Of a stretch of DNA of 64,000 nt, positions 12,783 to 25,740 are shown one piece after another. Positions within the stretch are counted from its first letter, which is position 1, and each line of letters opens with the position of its first letter. A model generated the notes under the pieces. The model made no database searches and was not told the DNA's origin. It was given only the letters and a program-made list of their open reading frames with translations. Made by a program: the position numbers and the translations under genes. Source of the stretch: Eledone cirrhosa (lineage: Eukaryota); assembly GCA_964016885.1 (NCBI GenBank), contig OZ024740.1, positions 6,696,001 to 6,760,000 on the forward strand, in the 5' to 3' direction.

Positions 12783-15700
12783 CATTCGTCTTGGAAGCAA
12801 GCAATGCTTCTAAATGACCTCAGGTCACAATCTATAAATGTGATGGTTATCTGCGAGGCCCGGATCAGCAGCATGCGACAGCTAGCCCCCACCTTTGACG
12901 ACTTTGAGATGCACGCATCTCTCTGTCAGCCCGGAGGTGGGGGTGGGGTTGTCGTTCTGCTGCAAAAACATATGGGCCTTGCAACACAGATAGTTCACTT
13001 GGACCCATGGGGTCGACTGGTGGTGCTGGACCTTGGCAGTGGTGAAGGTAGAGCCTTTAGGCTGATAGCCGCATGTGCCCCTTTTGGGACAGAGCAGCCC
13101 GACTTTTTCCAGCGTCTGGAGTCTTTTCTAGGGACGTCCCGTTCCCTGCTTTTAGTGGGGGATTGGAATGGTATCCTGGATGCACGTTGGGACTATGCAG
13201 GGGCATGTCCCGATAGAGAGGGGTGCAACAGCCTCAAGGGGTTACTCGGCCGATTTGACCTGGCCGAGAGATTTCGACTAGATTTTCCGACGGTGCCAAC
13301 CTGGTCTTGGTCAAATCGCAGCGGATCATCTAGATCGTACCTAGATAGATTTTTAGTTAGAAATAAGGACAGGGACTTTTTAAGTTGTCCAGAAATGCTC
13401 ATGGTTGGCTATTCAGACCACAAGTTGGTGACCTGCATGGTCAACCTTGATAGAACGCATAGACAGGGCCCCGGTTACTGGAAGCTCAACTTGTCCTTGC
13501 CGGCAAGTAGAGCCTACAGGAATCGGATTAGTACGTTAGTTAAGGAACGGTTGACTGGAGCGATCGTCAACAGCAGGTGGTGGGTATCTCTAAAGAGAGA
13601 GATTAGAGTAGTCTCGATTGAATTTAGTAAGGTTCTAGCTGCGGATAGGAATAGGAAGGAAAGGGAGCTAATAGATAGAGTAGAAGAGGCAATTAGAAGC
13701 GGCGACGTGGCCAGAGTGCTAGCGTCGAGAACGGCTTTCAGCCAGTTTTTCGACGCGAAGCACGAAGGCTGCGTTGTCCGAAGTAAAATACGTGCTCTAG
13801 GGAACGAGGGGGCCAAAGCTGTTAGCTGGGCCCGCGTGACAGAGGCCAACAGTGGAACTAAATCCACCATCCGGTCTTTGCGAGACCTGGATGGACGGGC
13901 GATTCTTGAGCCTAAGCAGATGTGTGAGGCCTTTCAAAGGCACTTTGCCCGACTGTTCGAGAGGGGCGGGGAGCCGGTTGGGAACGTGGACTTCGGTCCA
14001 TACCTCGACGGCCTGCCGCGCCTCTCGGACAGGGAGGCGAAGTCCTGCGAGGAGCCGATTTCGGCCGCTGAGATAGAGGACGTGCTGAGCCAATGCGGCA
14101 AACGCAAATCCCCGGGTCTCGATGGTCTTCCTTACGAATTATATCTAGCTATGCCGGACTTGTTCCCCGATCTCCTCGAGGCGGTCTACTGCAACTGGCA
14201 ACAGAACGGGAGAATTCCCTGTACTGTGACCAAGGGCGTAGTCACGCTAGTGAGGAAGGACGAGAACAAGGGGGACGAAATAAGTAACTTCAGGCCCATA
14301 ACTCTGCTAAATACAGAGTTACAGATTTTAGCCAAGGTGCTAGCAAAGAGGTTGGCGCTTGTCGTGGGCAACCTGGTGGGAGATGCGCAGACATGCGCTA
14401 TCCCGTCCAGGTCCATCCATGACAACCTCCACCTCATGCGATACATCATAGAGAGGGTTGGGAACGAACCCGGCTTTGGTGGGGCTCTGATCAACTTGGA
14501 TCAATCTAAGGCGTTCGATAGGGTCGACCATGGTTACCTGGATGTGGTGCTAGCGGCGGCAGGCTTCGGACCCGTTTTCAGGGGCTGGATCACTGCTATG
14601 CACAGCAGCCGCATCTGCTCTAGGGTCAAGGTGAACGGCTACCTCTCGGAGCCGTTCAAAATCGCGCGGTCCATCCGACAAGGGTGCCCTCTCTCCTCCC
14701 TTCTGTATGTGTTGACTCTCGAGCCACTACTGCGGAAGTTGGAGTTGTTGCAGGGCATCCCTTTGGAACCGGGATTGCGGAAAGCGGTGTCAGCCTACGC
14801 CGATGATGTGACAGTAATGGTGTCGACGGCCTCCGAAATCGAGGCGGTCGGCACCTTACTGGAGGAGTACGAAAAGTTCACAGGGGCTAAGCTGAACCGG
14901 GACAAGTCGATCGGTTTGCAACTCGGCACGTGGAGGGGCAGACCGATGCCCTCTGATGGCGTCGTCGGACGCTGGACGGAGGGCCCGGTGAAGTTGCTCG
15001 GGGTCTGGTTCGGACCGGACCTCCAGGTGGAGAAAAACTGGGCGGAGGTTACAGGGTGTTTGCGCTGACCCAGAAGTGGGCCACTTGCAAACTATCCCTG
15101 AAAGGTCGGGCGGAGGTGGCGAACACTTATATAGCGTCCGTCATCTACTACCGCCTGACCGTAGTGCCCTGCCCAAGGGAAACCCTCACCAAGATGGAGC
15201 GCGCGCTCTTCCAATTCCTTTGGAAGAGGCGGGCTCCTATGGTGAGGAGATCCATCTGCTGTCAACACCCTTCGAAAGGAGGGCTGGGGATGCCGTGGCT
15301 AATGATGCGTAAACACGCATTAAGGCTACGGCACCTCTACGTATTCCTCACCGGACAACCGGTGTGGGCCTCGTTTGTGAGACGAACCTTTCCCAGACTC
15401 GTCTCACTCACCGAGCTGCAATCCTGGGTCAAGCAAAGACCGAGAAAACTGGGCGCCTGGCACACTGAGTGTGCCCAGGCGCTCACCGCCCTCTGGCAGG
15501 CGGATCCGGTTATCAGTGGAGACTCCACCGCAACATTCTATAGAGGGCTGGTACGCAGCAGGTGCGACGACGCCCTCGGAGAAGCCCTAGACATGGAGGA
15601 GGACGAACTGGCCAGCCTGTTCGGTAGGACATTCAGCCCGGGACCTATGGACAACTTCCAGAAGTCCCTGGCCTGGCAGTGCTACCGAGGGGCTTTACCC

Positions 15701-16440
15701 GTTCGAGAAAGGCTCTACAGACACGGGCGCCCGGGTAGGGACCCCGCCAAAAAGATCCGTCCCAGATGCGTGTGCGACGAGGAAACCGTTGCACACGCAT
15801 TGGTACACTGCTCGGGCGTAGCCGATCTGTGGGGCTATGTCGAACAACTGCTGTCAAGGGTGGGACCGATCCGGTTGACCACCGAGTCTATTGTAATGAT
15901 CAAGCCGCCTCCCCCCTTCAAAGATGAAGCAGAGGCGGTGTTTCTGTGCGTAATAGCCATGGCGAAAGAGGTTGTATGGTGGACGCGTCTGAAAGGACTG
16001 AGGTCAGGCACCTTTCTCTCTGGCCAACAACTGGTCCGTTTCTTCCGATATCATTTCGGAAGAAGGATCAGGATGGAGAGAGAGGTGCTGCACCCCAGTC
16101 GTTTTTATGAAAGGTGGGTGAAAGTGGCGAGAATGGCCCGTGTGAATGGGCCTTCTCTTTACATAAGCCTGTAGGTGGAAAAGAGGAAGGAACGAGGGAG
16201 CACCCCCTCTCTGTGCTCCTGAGGAAAAGGGTTGCACACTTTTTTCGGGGGTGTGTGCGACCCCCCAAGGCGCCTCCTCTCTATTGAGGATTTTGTTAAA
16301 AATTTTATTTTTTGTTATATCTTATTTTATTTTTATATTTTGTTATTGCCTCCTCCTTATTGAGGACGCCTTTTTGTGTAAACTCCCCCCTTTGTACTTG
16401 TCCCACTTTTGATGCCCTAGTGGCAAATAAAAGAAACTTA
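12783..16440 (+). mobile_element. Tx1/L1-clade LINE, ORF2 nearly complete with one frameshift near 15060
   Basis: APE endonuclease motifs (GDWN, YLDRFLV, SDH), RT motifs (PGLDGLP, FRPITLLN, DQSKAFDRVDH, RQGCPLS, YADD), KGGLG, degenerate C-terminal zinc knuckle (CVCDEETVAHALVHC), AATAAA at the 3' end; GC-rich relative to flanks. Confidence 0.92.
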
Positions 16441-16509
16441 TCTATATATATATGTGTATATATATATATGATGATGATGATATGTATGTACATGTGTTTG
16501 TATATATAT

Positions 16510-17207
16510 ATCATCATCATCATCGGTTAACGTCCATCTTCCACGCTAGCATGGGTTAGACGGGAATTGTCCTACTTGAATTATCCTACTACTCGGGTGA
16601 CTATGTTTTGCTCATATAAGACTGTCTGGCAGGCTTTCTATGGCTGGATACCCTTCCTAACACCAATCGTGTTTACAGTGTGGACTGGGAGCCTTTTTAC
16701 CGTGTCTCCTAGACGACCATTTTGCAGCGTGAACTGGGTGCTTTTTGTCATGACACCTACATAACCTCTTTAGTGTAGACTGGATGTTGTGGTACCAACA
16801 TAACTTTACAGAGAAAGGGTGGTGTTGGCCTGAGTGGAAGGATGGAGTAGGGAACTGGGTTGGGGTGTATGTTGGGTTAGGAGGGGCCTACTGACTGTAG
16901 GTTAACTTTGTACGTAGGGAAGACGGGTCTTCTGTATTTCTGCGTGGTGCCAAAGCTTTCGGTCCAGTGACATTGTCTTAGAGAGGTCTAAGCGTACAAG
17001 GTCGGATTTTATCATGTCATCCCAGGTTTTTCTGGGACTACCTACTCCGTAACATCCATCAATTTTGATCGCCCTGCACTTTTTTATACAGCTGTCGTCT
17101 TTCATACACATCACGTGACCATACCAACGTAGTCTTCTCTCAAATAAATACCATCTGATCCTTCTTATTCCTAATTTCTCACTTAGTTCGTTTATGTTTT
17201 ACCGTTC

Positions 17208-17210
<3 letters not shown>
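16510..17210 (-). mobile_element. 5'-truncated RTE-clade LINE (3' end), same family as 11595-12466
   Basis: [13 protein letters not shown]...PRKTWDD...DRKLW and a homologous 3' UTR with (ATG)n tail. Confidence 0.85.
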
Positions 17211-17282
<72 letters not shown>

Positions 17283-17286
<4 letters not shown>

Positions 17287-19071
17287 GCTGAACACTACAA
17301 TCAACAGAAAATTATGAGAAACCTAAAAACTCTAATCAACCAATACAAAGAAGGACTCACTAACAAGGAATTCAGCTTCATCACAGACTTCACAAGTAAA
17401 TCCAGCCTTTTCTACGGTATCCCTAAAGTACATAAAAGCGAATTAATAAGTAAGGCATGCAAGGAAGCCACAGACATAGTCATCAATGTCCCCTCACCCA
17501 ATGATCTCAAATTAAGACCTATAATAGCAGGCCCCGTTTGCGAAACCCACCGCCTTAGCAACTTCATTGATACCCTTCTCAAGCCCTTTCTCAAACACAT
17601 CAAAAGCTACATAAGGGACAACCTAGATATGCTCAATCACCTCCCTAATATGCCACTTTCTGAACAAACCCTACTAGTGACGTTCGATGTAGTCAACCTA
17701 TACTCCAACATCCCCCACAACCTAGGAATAGAAGCTATCCAATTCTGGCTGGATAATTACCACAATGAACTCCCACAACGCATCAAAAAAGAATTCGTGA
17801 TAGAGGGACTCAAATTTATCTTGGAGAACAATTACTTCGTTTTCAATAACAAACCCTACAGGCAGAAATCTGGGACCGCTATGGGAACGAAAACAGCCCC
17901 CACTTATGCCAACCTAGTCATGGGATACCTGGAAATCACCCTCTACACTAAAGTCCTAAACAAATTTGGAAACACTCTCCACTTACACATTGAAAGGAAC
18001 TGGAAGCGATATCTAGATGACTGCTTCATCCTTTGGCACGAAAACATCGAAAAACTTAAAGAATTTCACACCCTTATAAATGGACTCAACACGAATATTA
18101 ACTTCACGATAGAATACAGCCATCAACAACTCCCCTTCCTCGACATCCTCATTAAGATCCATAACAAAAAAATAGAAACAGACATATACTACAAGCCCAC
18201 AGACTCCAAGCAATATCTTCCTTTCAACTCTTGCCACCCTAGACACGTTAAAATTAATATTCCCTACAACTTAGCCAAGAGAATCTGTACTATAGTCTCC
18301 AATAAAAACACCTGCTACTTACGGCTACAAGAACTAAAGGACACACTCATAGGCAGGGACTACCCTGCATCACTAATTGACAATGGAATCCAACGTGCCC
18401 TAAAACTCAGTACCCAGGACCTTAGACACCCTAAAGTAAATCAACCGAAACTAAAAGCTCTTCCATACATCTCCACACACAACCCCCTCAACAATGAGGC
18501 CTTTGACACCATCCTCCAGAACATCCCTGTGTTGAAAAAGGACCATAGAATGAACCAAATTCTACGAACACACGATATCATAAAGAGCAAAAGACAATCC
18601 AAGTCAATGAAAAACATCCTAACACATGCCAAAGTACTACCAACCACAACAACGAAACCCACAGTAAAATAATGCGATAGACCCAACTGTGGCATTTGCA
18701 TCAACCTAATAGAGGGTTCGGAATTCTATTTCAAAGAAGGACAACGTTTTATAGTAAAACACAATTTCACATGTGCATCGGAAAATCTAATATATGTATT
18801 AACTTGCTCAGGTTGTCGATAACAATACATAGGCCAGACCAAAAACAGTCTCCGCCAACGCATGACTGTCCATAGATCCCAAATTAAAATACGGGAATAC
18901 AGGAAAATACCACTGAATGAACACATTGATACCTGTGCCGCCCAAAATCATCCCAACTTCAGAATATTTCCCCTCTACAAATTTAAAGATAATGCCACCC
19001 ACACCCAGCGCATCAGCAAGGAATCTTACCTTATTAATAAATACGGACCCCTTCTAAACACTTCTCCCTAA
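17283..19071 (+). pseudogene. Penelope-like element ORF (RT + Cys-rich linker + GIY-YIG endonuclease), 5'-truncated, two premature stops
   Basis: FYGIPKVHK, LRPIIA, FDVVNLYSNIP, GTAMG, RYLDDCF, LPFLD, YYKPTD; continues in frame after TAA 18670 as CDRPNCGIC...NLIYVLTCSGCR*QYIGQT...R...H; flanked by (TA)n. Confidence 0.92.
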
Positions 19072-19189
19072 GACGAACCCACAACATACACACGTCAACA
19101 TACATACCTACATCAGCACACATCTCTACCCACATATAAACACAATGACATACGTAAACACACGTGATCTATGGTGCAACACAAAAAAA

Positions 19190-19265
<76 letters not shown>

Positions 19266-19628
19266 ATATATGTATATATATAGTGAATATCATTTCACAC
19301 CTTTTATCGTTAAGATTTTTGATGTTCTATTAAGAGAACCGATTTTACTGAAAATATCGAATAATGTACACCATTTTACCAGGGGAAAAAAATGTTGGTC
19401 CAACCACACACGCACACACACACATTCTCACACACACACAGACACACATATATACACACACACACATACACACGCGTACATTAACATACAAAGAGACTTA
19501 TACACACACACACACACACTTCTCCGTATAAGACAAAAGCTGAAAAATATCTTTTGACATGCTAAAATACCACCCACTGCTTACAGACACATTCCTACTG
19601 ACCATCCCGCTACCACGAATCACTCTGC

Positions 19629-19703
<75 letters not shown>

Positions 19704-20183
19704 ATTTTAATAGCCATTTGAACTGTCAACAGGCTGCGGTTCGCACACACATCCCTGCTAACCATTATCACAACATCGAACACTTTACTACTACTACACA
19801 CAGACACACACACACATTTGTTGTGAAAGAGTCATTTCTCAGTCTTGGCGCAAAATCAATTTTTTACATTCACATGACCTCTACCGATCAATCAAAATTG
19901 TTTTGACCAGAAGAATTTTTGCAACACCAAAGTAGCGCTGGAGCCACTTTTTTTAACATAAAAACAGGTAGAATTCCCAAAACTAATCAGATCAGAGTAA
20001 ACAACACGGACACTCTATCTCAAAATTATTTTTGAAAAGCATTTAGAAATGCGCAACCGGTAAAAACTTAAAAACTTAAAACCACAACTGAATACTAACC
20101 CATACAATTACTAATACTCTTTTATTCCTAATTAAACTATTTTTCAACTGTGAACAATTTGTCAGTATTTTCTATTCCGTTTA

Positions 20184-20260
<77 letters not shown>

Positions 20261-20301
20261 ATACTTTGGGAGGGTCATGTTGCCAAATTCAGAAACGAAA
20301 T

Positions 20302-20335
<34 letters not shown>

Positions 20336-20389
20336 TTGTATATATATGTATATCTGAAGGTTTGTATATATATGTATGTGTGTGTGTAT

Positions 20390-23300
20390 GTGTGGATGTG
20401 TATGTTTTGAGTTGTATGTGTGCATGTGTATATGCTTTGTATCTGTACATGTGTATATGCAGTTATTAGATGCTAAATTTTTGGAATCTTTTACATATTT
20501 TTACTGTTCCATTAATGGATTGTACTTGTAATTTCCTAACTAGTTGTGTTCGTTCTGTTCCTGTGAAGCCTAGGTTCTCAAGATTTGTATTGAGGCAGTT
20601 ACTAACATACCCCAGTGCCCCAATAATCACAGGCATAAATCTGAAGGTGTAATCAGGATGGAGTATCTGCAGATTTCTTATCAGTTCTGCATAAATATTC
20701 TCCTTTTCGCTAATCTTTGATATTATATTGGCATCTGCTGGGCAGCTAATTTCTACTACTGTGCATGCTTTCTTCTCCCTGTGCCATATCATAATATCTG
20801 GTCTGTTATGCCTGCAATTTATTGGGGTTTTTACTGGAACAGTCCACCAGTACTCTTTCATATTATGTACATGGATGTCTTCCACATTGCTGTAGCTATT
20901 AATGTATTTATTATCGGGGCTATCTTTTTTACAACTGCATTGTACAGTGTTTTGGCCACTACATCATGCCTCATAGGTAGATAGTACCGCGATGTATCTT
21001 TGGACAGCTGCTGATGACATGGGTGATATCCTCGATATTATTTCTGCAGAGTCTGCACTTGTAATCACATCTAGGTGTTTTGCCTGCATCCCTATGTTTT
21101 TTGTGAATCAGGTATTTTGTGTTAATCTCCTGTTCTTCGATTGCAAAAGCGTATCCTTCAAAGTGGGAGCCAATATAGCGGTTGTTGGTCCAAGATAGAC
21201 TACTTTCCTTATCTATATTACTCTCACTCTGGAGCTCCCTGGCAACATATCCATGCATGATTTTTTGCTGATAGGCATGCAGTTTTTCATCCATGGTTTC
21301 ACTGCAATACTGCAGAGCGACATCCCTGGGTGTGAGTTTTTGATTATCACACAGGGAATATCTCTCAAGGAGTTCCTTCCCAACTCTCATGATCTTATCT
21401 GTTTCATGCAGATAGATTTGCTCGAGAAACGGACTCCTACGCTTCGAGGTTCGTAGATGTCGGAGAGATATGATGCGACATTCAAATGTTGTCTGGACTG
21501 ATGTTAGCCCTCTGCCTCCCTGCTTACGTTTCAAGTAAAGGCGGTCTATGTCACTGTTGATGTGGAAGTTTCCGGTGTTGTCCAGTATTTTTCGAGTTCC
21601 AACATCAACTGCTCAGATTTCGTCTATCGCCCAATTGAGTATTCCAAACGTTGGTGTTAGGACAAGAACAGCAAACACACTGTGAGCCACTGTTTTGTTT
21701 TACGCAGAGAGTTCCGATGACCAGATCTTTCTTAATCGGGTGTAGTATTTCCTGGTTACGCGTTCTTTATTACAGATACCATTATAGGATATGTTCTCAT
21801 CTATCCCCAGGTATCTGTAGCAGTCCTCATCAGATATCAGTGAAACAGTTAGGCCATTGATGACAATGTTGTTAGATTTGGTTGTTGTTTTTCCCCGCTT
21901 TACAGTCATGTATGAGCATTTATCTTGGCCAAAGTCCATTCCTATATCCTTTGAGAACGTTGTAACCATGTCAAGATTTTTCTTCATCCCATCCATGTTC
22001 TTGGCATAGAGTTTCAGATCGTCCACAAAGAATTTATGTGTTAGGTTCTTATTTCTGTCCTCCTGTGAGCCAATGATGTATCCCTCACATTTCTTGAGCA
22101 GAAAGGACAAGGGGTTTAATGACAAGATGAACAATATCACAGAGAGACTTTCCCCCTGAAATATACCCCTGCAATATTTTATTTTATCAGTGAAAATAGA
22201 GTCCTCCCTCTCTGTCTTTAACCTTAGGAGAGTAACCCAAGAAGAAGACAGCTTCTCTATGGCTCTGACAATAATGTCTGGGACTTTAGCAAGTTGGAGG
22301 GCCTCTATCATCCAAGAGTGGGGAACAGAATCGAAAGCTTTCCTGTAGTCCAGCCAGACTGTAGTCATATTCCTCCTAAGTTGTCGCACCTCCGACATCG
22401 CCGTTTTGTTGATTAGGAGTTGTTCAGCACATCCCCAAACCCCTTTCTTTCCAGCTCCTTGTTCATCTGTGATGATGTTATTATTTTCACAGTGATCTTG
22501 GAGGAATAGGCTCAAGCAGGCTGTATACATCTTATACATCAGGTTCTGGCATGCAATGGGTCGGTATTTTTTGCCAAGTGGGTGTCTTTGTTCTTGGGGA
22601 CCAGTAACGTTTGTGCTAATGTCAACCATTCTGGTATAAGTGTATCTCCCTTAAGAACTTGTTGGTAGAGGTCAGTAAGATACCTCCGATAGAATATTAG
22701 TTTTTTGTACCAGTAGCCGACAATCATGTCTATTCCTGGTGTTTTCTTATCTTGGAGTTTTCCTATCATAGTCTCAAGGGTACCCTCACTTATTTCGTAT
22801 GTTTTTGTTGTTGTGTAAGAGCAATAGTTCTTTCGGATTTCTCTTAGCCACACTGCATCTTGGTTGAAATTCTTCTTCTTCACCCCATATTCTTCTCCAA
22901 AAGGAATCTATGTCTTTCTGGGATGGGGCCTCAGTGACACTTATTATTTTGCCCTTCATATCTCTATAAACTGATGTTTGGTTTCGTCTGAATCTTTTAT
23001 TAAGGATTTTTCTCTCATCTACATTCTTCAGGTATCGGCGTTTTTCGCTAGCAGCTTTCAATTCTTGTTTGAGGGTGATCAGCTTATATTGGAGAGTTCT
23101 GGTTCTACTGTTACCAAACATCGTCTCTATTTTATTTTTCACTCTTTGTTGGTGAGGAGTGAGGTTTTTTGTGTTTGTTTGCATGTAAGGAGCATTGTCA
23201 CATGTCTTATGTTTTTTCGTAGGTCAACACTCTTTTTTTCTATTTTAGTTATATATGATGGTATTTTTGGTGGTGTTTTGTTCTTGTTAATATCTCTGCT

Positions 23301-23742
23301 ATCACCAAGATAATTCTTCACTGTCATTGCTAAGGCATATAAACAGGCGTTGATTTGCCAAAATGTTGGGGTTTTTATTTCGTCGTAAATATTCTTCCCC
23401 TATTTCGTCAATAACACGTAGTATTTCATTATTTGTTTTTTTATTCACCATTGTCATTTTAACACGTTCAGCAAGAGAGATATTTATACATGAGTTAATT
23501 TCTCTCTGGAAGATTTCGTTGAGGGAAATTTTCAATTGTTTATACTTTTAATTATAATTATCGATAGTCGAGGTAGACTCGGATGGTAAACGTGGTGTCA
23601 CATTTATTCGATTATTATTATAATTTCTTCGATTATTATTATTATCGATAGTGTTTTCCCCAGCATTCGAGGTAGACTTAGTTGGTACAGGTGGTGTCAA
23701 ATTTCTTACAGGCATAGTTGTTTCAAGGCACTGTTCTACCTG
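20390..23742 (-). mobile_element. R4/Dong-like RLE non-LTR retrotransposon, family 1, copy A (disrupted, 5'-truncated)
   Basis: RT WLDYRKAFDSVPH, GIFQGESLS, FFVDDLKLY; GGRGL; CRLC..HVISSC zinc finger; RPDI...EISCP...K...Y restriction-like endonuclease; several frameshifts and stops. Confidence 0.88.
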
Positions 23743-24057
23743 TATGTATGTATGTGTGTATATATGTGTGTATGTGTGTATGTAAGTGTACCTCTCCATG
23801 GCTGTGTCCGCGTGTTATTGGTTTCTAGATCTAAATTTGATTAGAAGAGAAATTTTAATAGAAAGTTGAACATCTCAACACCATCATCATCTACTTCCGC
23901 TTCCTCATCATCCTTAACATCATCATCATAATCAATATCATCGTAATCATCATCATCAACATCAACACCATCGTCTTAATCCTCTTCCACCTCCTTCTTC
24001 TCCCCATCATTATACGTCAGGTTTTTTAGCAAACAAGCATTCTTAAAAATGTTAACA

Positions 24058-24093
<36 letters not shown>

Positions 24094-24095
24094 AT

Positions 24096-24320
24096 ATATT
24101 AATAAATGGAAACTAGATTTATAAAACCATATTTATTTTATTATACATATTTCAAGGGCAACCAAGGCAAATTATGGTGCGCTTTCATCAGATAAAATAC
24201 AGATTTGTTTTATAAATAAATATTGATATACCCGTTATATCAGTTATAAAAATGTTTAAGCTTGTTGAATCCCAACAAATTAAATATGGTTTTATAAATA
24301 TAGTTTCCATTTATTAATAT
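24096..24320. mobile_element. Small fold-back element with 40-bp inverted ends, lying in (TA)n
   Basis: 24096-24135 is the reverse complement of 24281-24320 with 1 mismatch. Confidence 0.75.
24134..24199 (-). ncRNA. Minimal type I hammerhead ribozyme
   Basis: Minus strand TATTTTAT-CTGATGA-AAGCGCACC..GGTTGCCCTT-GAAA-T-ATGT-A-TA-ATAAAATA: 8-bp stem I, intact core, imperfect stem II, AUA cleavage triplet. Confidence 0.78.
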
Positions 24321-24355
24321 CATTGGTATTGTATATATATATATGTATATATATG

Positions 24356-24444
<89 letters not shown>

Positions 24445-24457
24445 GTATATATATATG

Positions 24458-24496
<39 letters not shown>

Positions 24497-24529
24497 GTAT
24501 ATATATATATGTATATATATATGTATATA

Positions 24530-24563
<34 letters not shown>

Positions 24564-24665
24564 GGAAAAGGTAGGACCCCGACGGCAGAGCTCAAGCCGT
24601 TTCGACGGCTATTTCTGTACTCTGGTGGGTTATGGTCCATCTGGTTCCTTACCACAATTCCTTTG

Positions 24666-24727
<62 letters not shown>

Positions 24728-24779
24728 TCATCATCATCATCATCATCGTCCATCTTCCACGCTAGCATGGGTTAGATGG

Positions 24780-24817
<38 letters not shown>

Positions 24818-24974
24818 TATATACGAATGTATATATATTTATGTATATGTATATATATATATAAGTATATATATATGCATGTATATAAACTCACAACCTC
24901 CCGATTGCAAGCCCAATGCTCTAATCAATAAACCATGCACCTTCACAGAGACATATAATATACATATACGAAAA

Positions 24975-25132
24975 ACATGAGCGGAGGTGGTGAAAGCTGA
25001 CCTCACTTAGCTGAAACTCACAGAGGCGATGACAAAGGACTGTGATGAATGGAGAGAGGCTGTGCTGAAGAGGACTCATCCCACTTTTGCAAGCAAGGTA
25101 AAGCGGATGTAAAGTGATGATGATGATGGTGA
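24975..25132 (+). mobile_element. RTE LINE extreme 3' fragment
   Basis: EVVKADL...AMTKDCDEWREAV remnant followed by an (ATG)n tail. Confidence 0.65.
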
Positions 25133-25242
25133 TATATATTATATATATAAGTGAAGAATTGTAGCCCCAATCCATCGTGGCAGACTAGAGTATTGGATGA
25201 GGTGCTTTGCATTATTTTTACCAGGTTTCGCATTTGAGTTTA

Positions 25243-25740
25243 ATCTTCCATTGTCCTACTTGCATGGTTGACATGATCCATCGCTCAATTTGATCTTCCA
25301 TGTCCTACTTGTGTGATAGACATGATCCATCGCTCAATTTGATCTCCCGGTGGCCTACTTACATGGCAGACTTGATCCATCGCTCAATTTGATCTTCCAT
25401 GTCCTACTTGTGTGGTAGACTTGATCCATCACTCAATTTGATCTTCTGGTGACCAACTTACATGATAGACTTGATCCATCGCTCAATTTGATCTTCTATC
25501 GTCCTACTTGTGTGGTAGACATGATCCATCGCTCAATTTGATCTCCGGGTGACCTACTTACATGGCAGACATGATCCATCGCTCAATTTGATCTTTCGTT
25601 GTCCTACTTGTGTGGTAGACATGATCCATCACTCAATTTGATCTCTCAGTGACCTACTTACATGGTAGACGTGATCCGCCACTCAGTTTGATCCCCCAGT
25701 GTTTACCTACATGGTAGACTTGTTACTTCACTCAGTTTAA
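25243..25740. repeat. ~49-50 bp tandem repeat with alternating A/B monomers, about 10 units
   Basis: Constant TGATCCATCGCTCAATTTGATCT alternating with TCCATGTCCTACTTGTGTGGTAGAC and CCCGGTGACCTACTTACATGGCAGAC. Confidence 0.85.

Noticed and set aside
24562-24668. Possible minus-strand hammerhead (CAGATGG...GAAATAGCCGTC) and AGCCGT-TTCG-ACGGCT hairpin
   Set aside because: The core has several mismatches and no stem I pairing was found
25243-25740. CRISPR-like appearance (constant 23-bp core plus variable segment)
   Set aside because: The apparent spacers are two alternating homologous types, there are no cas genes, and the context is eukaryotic
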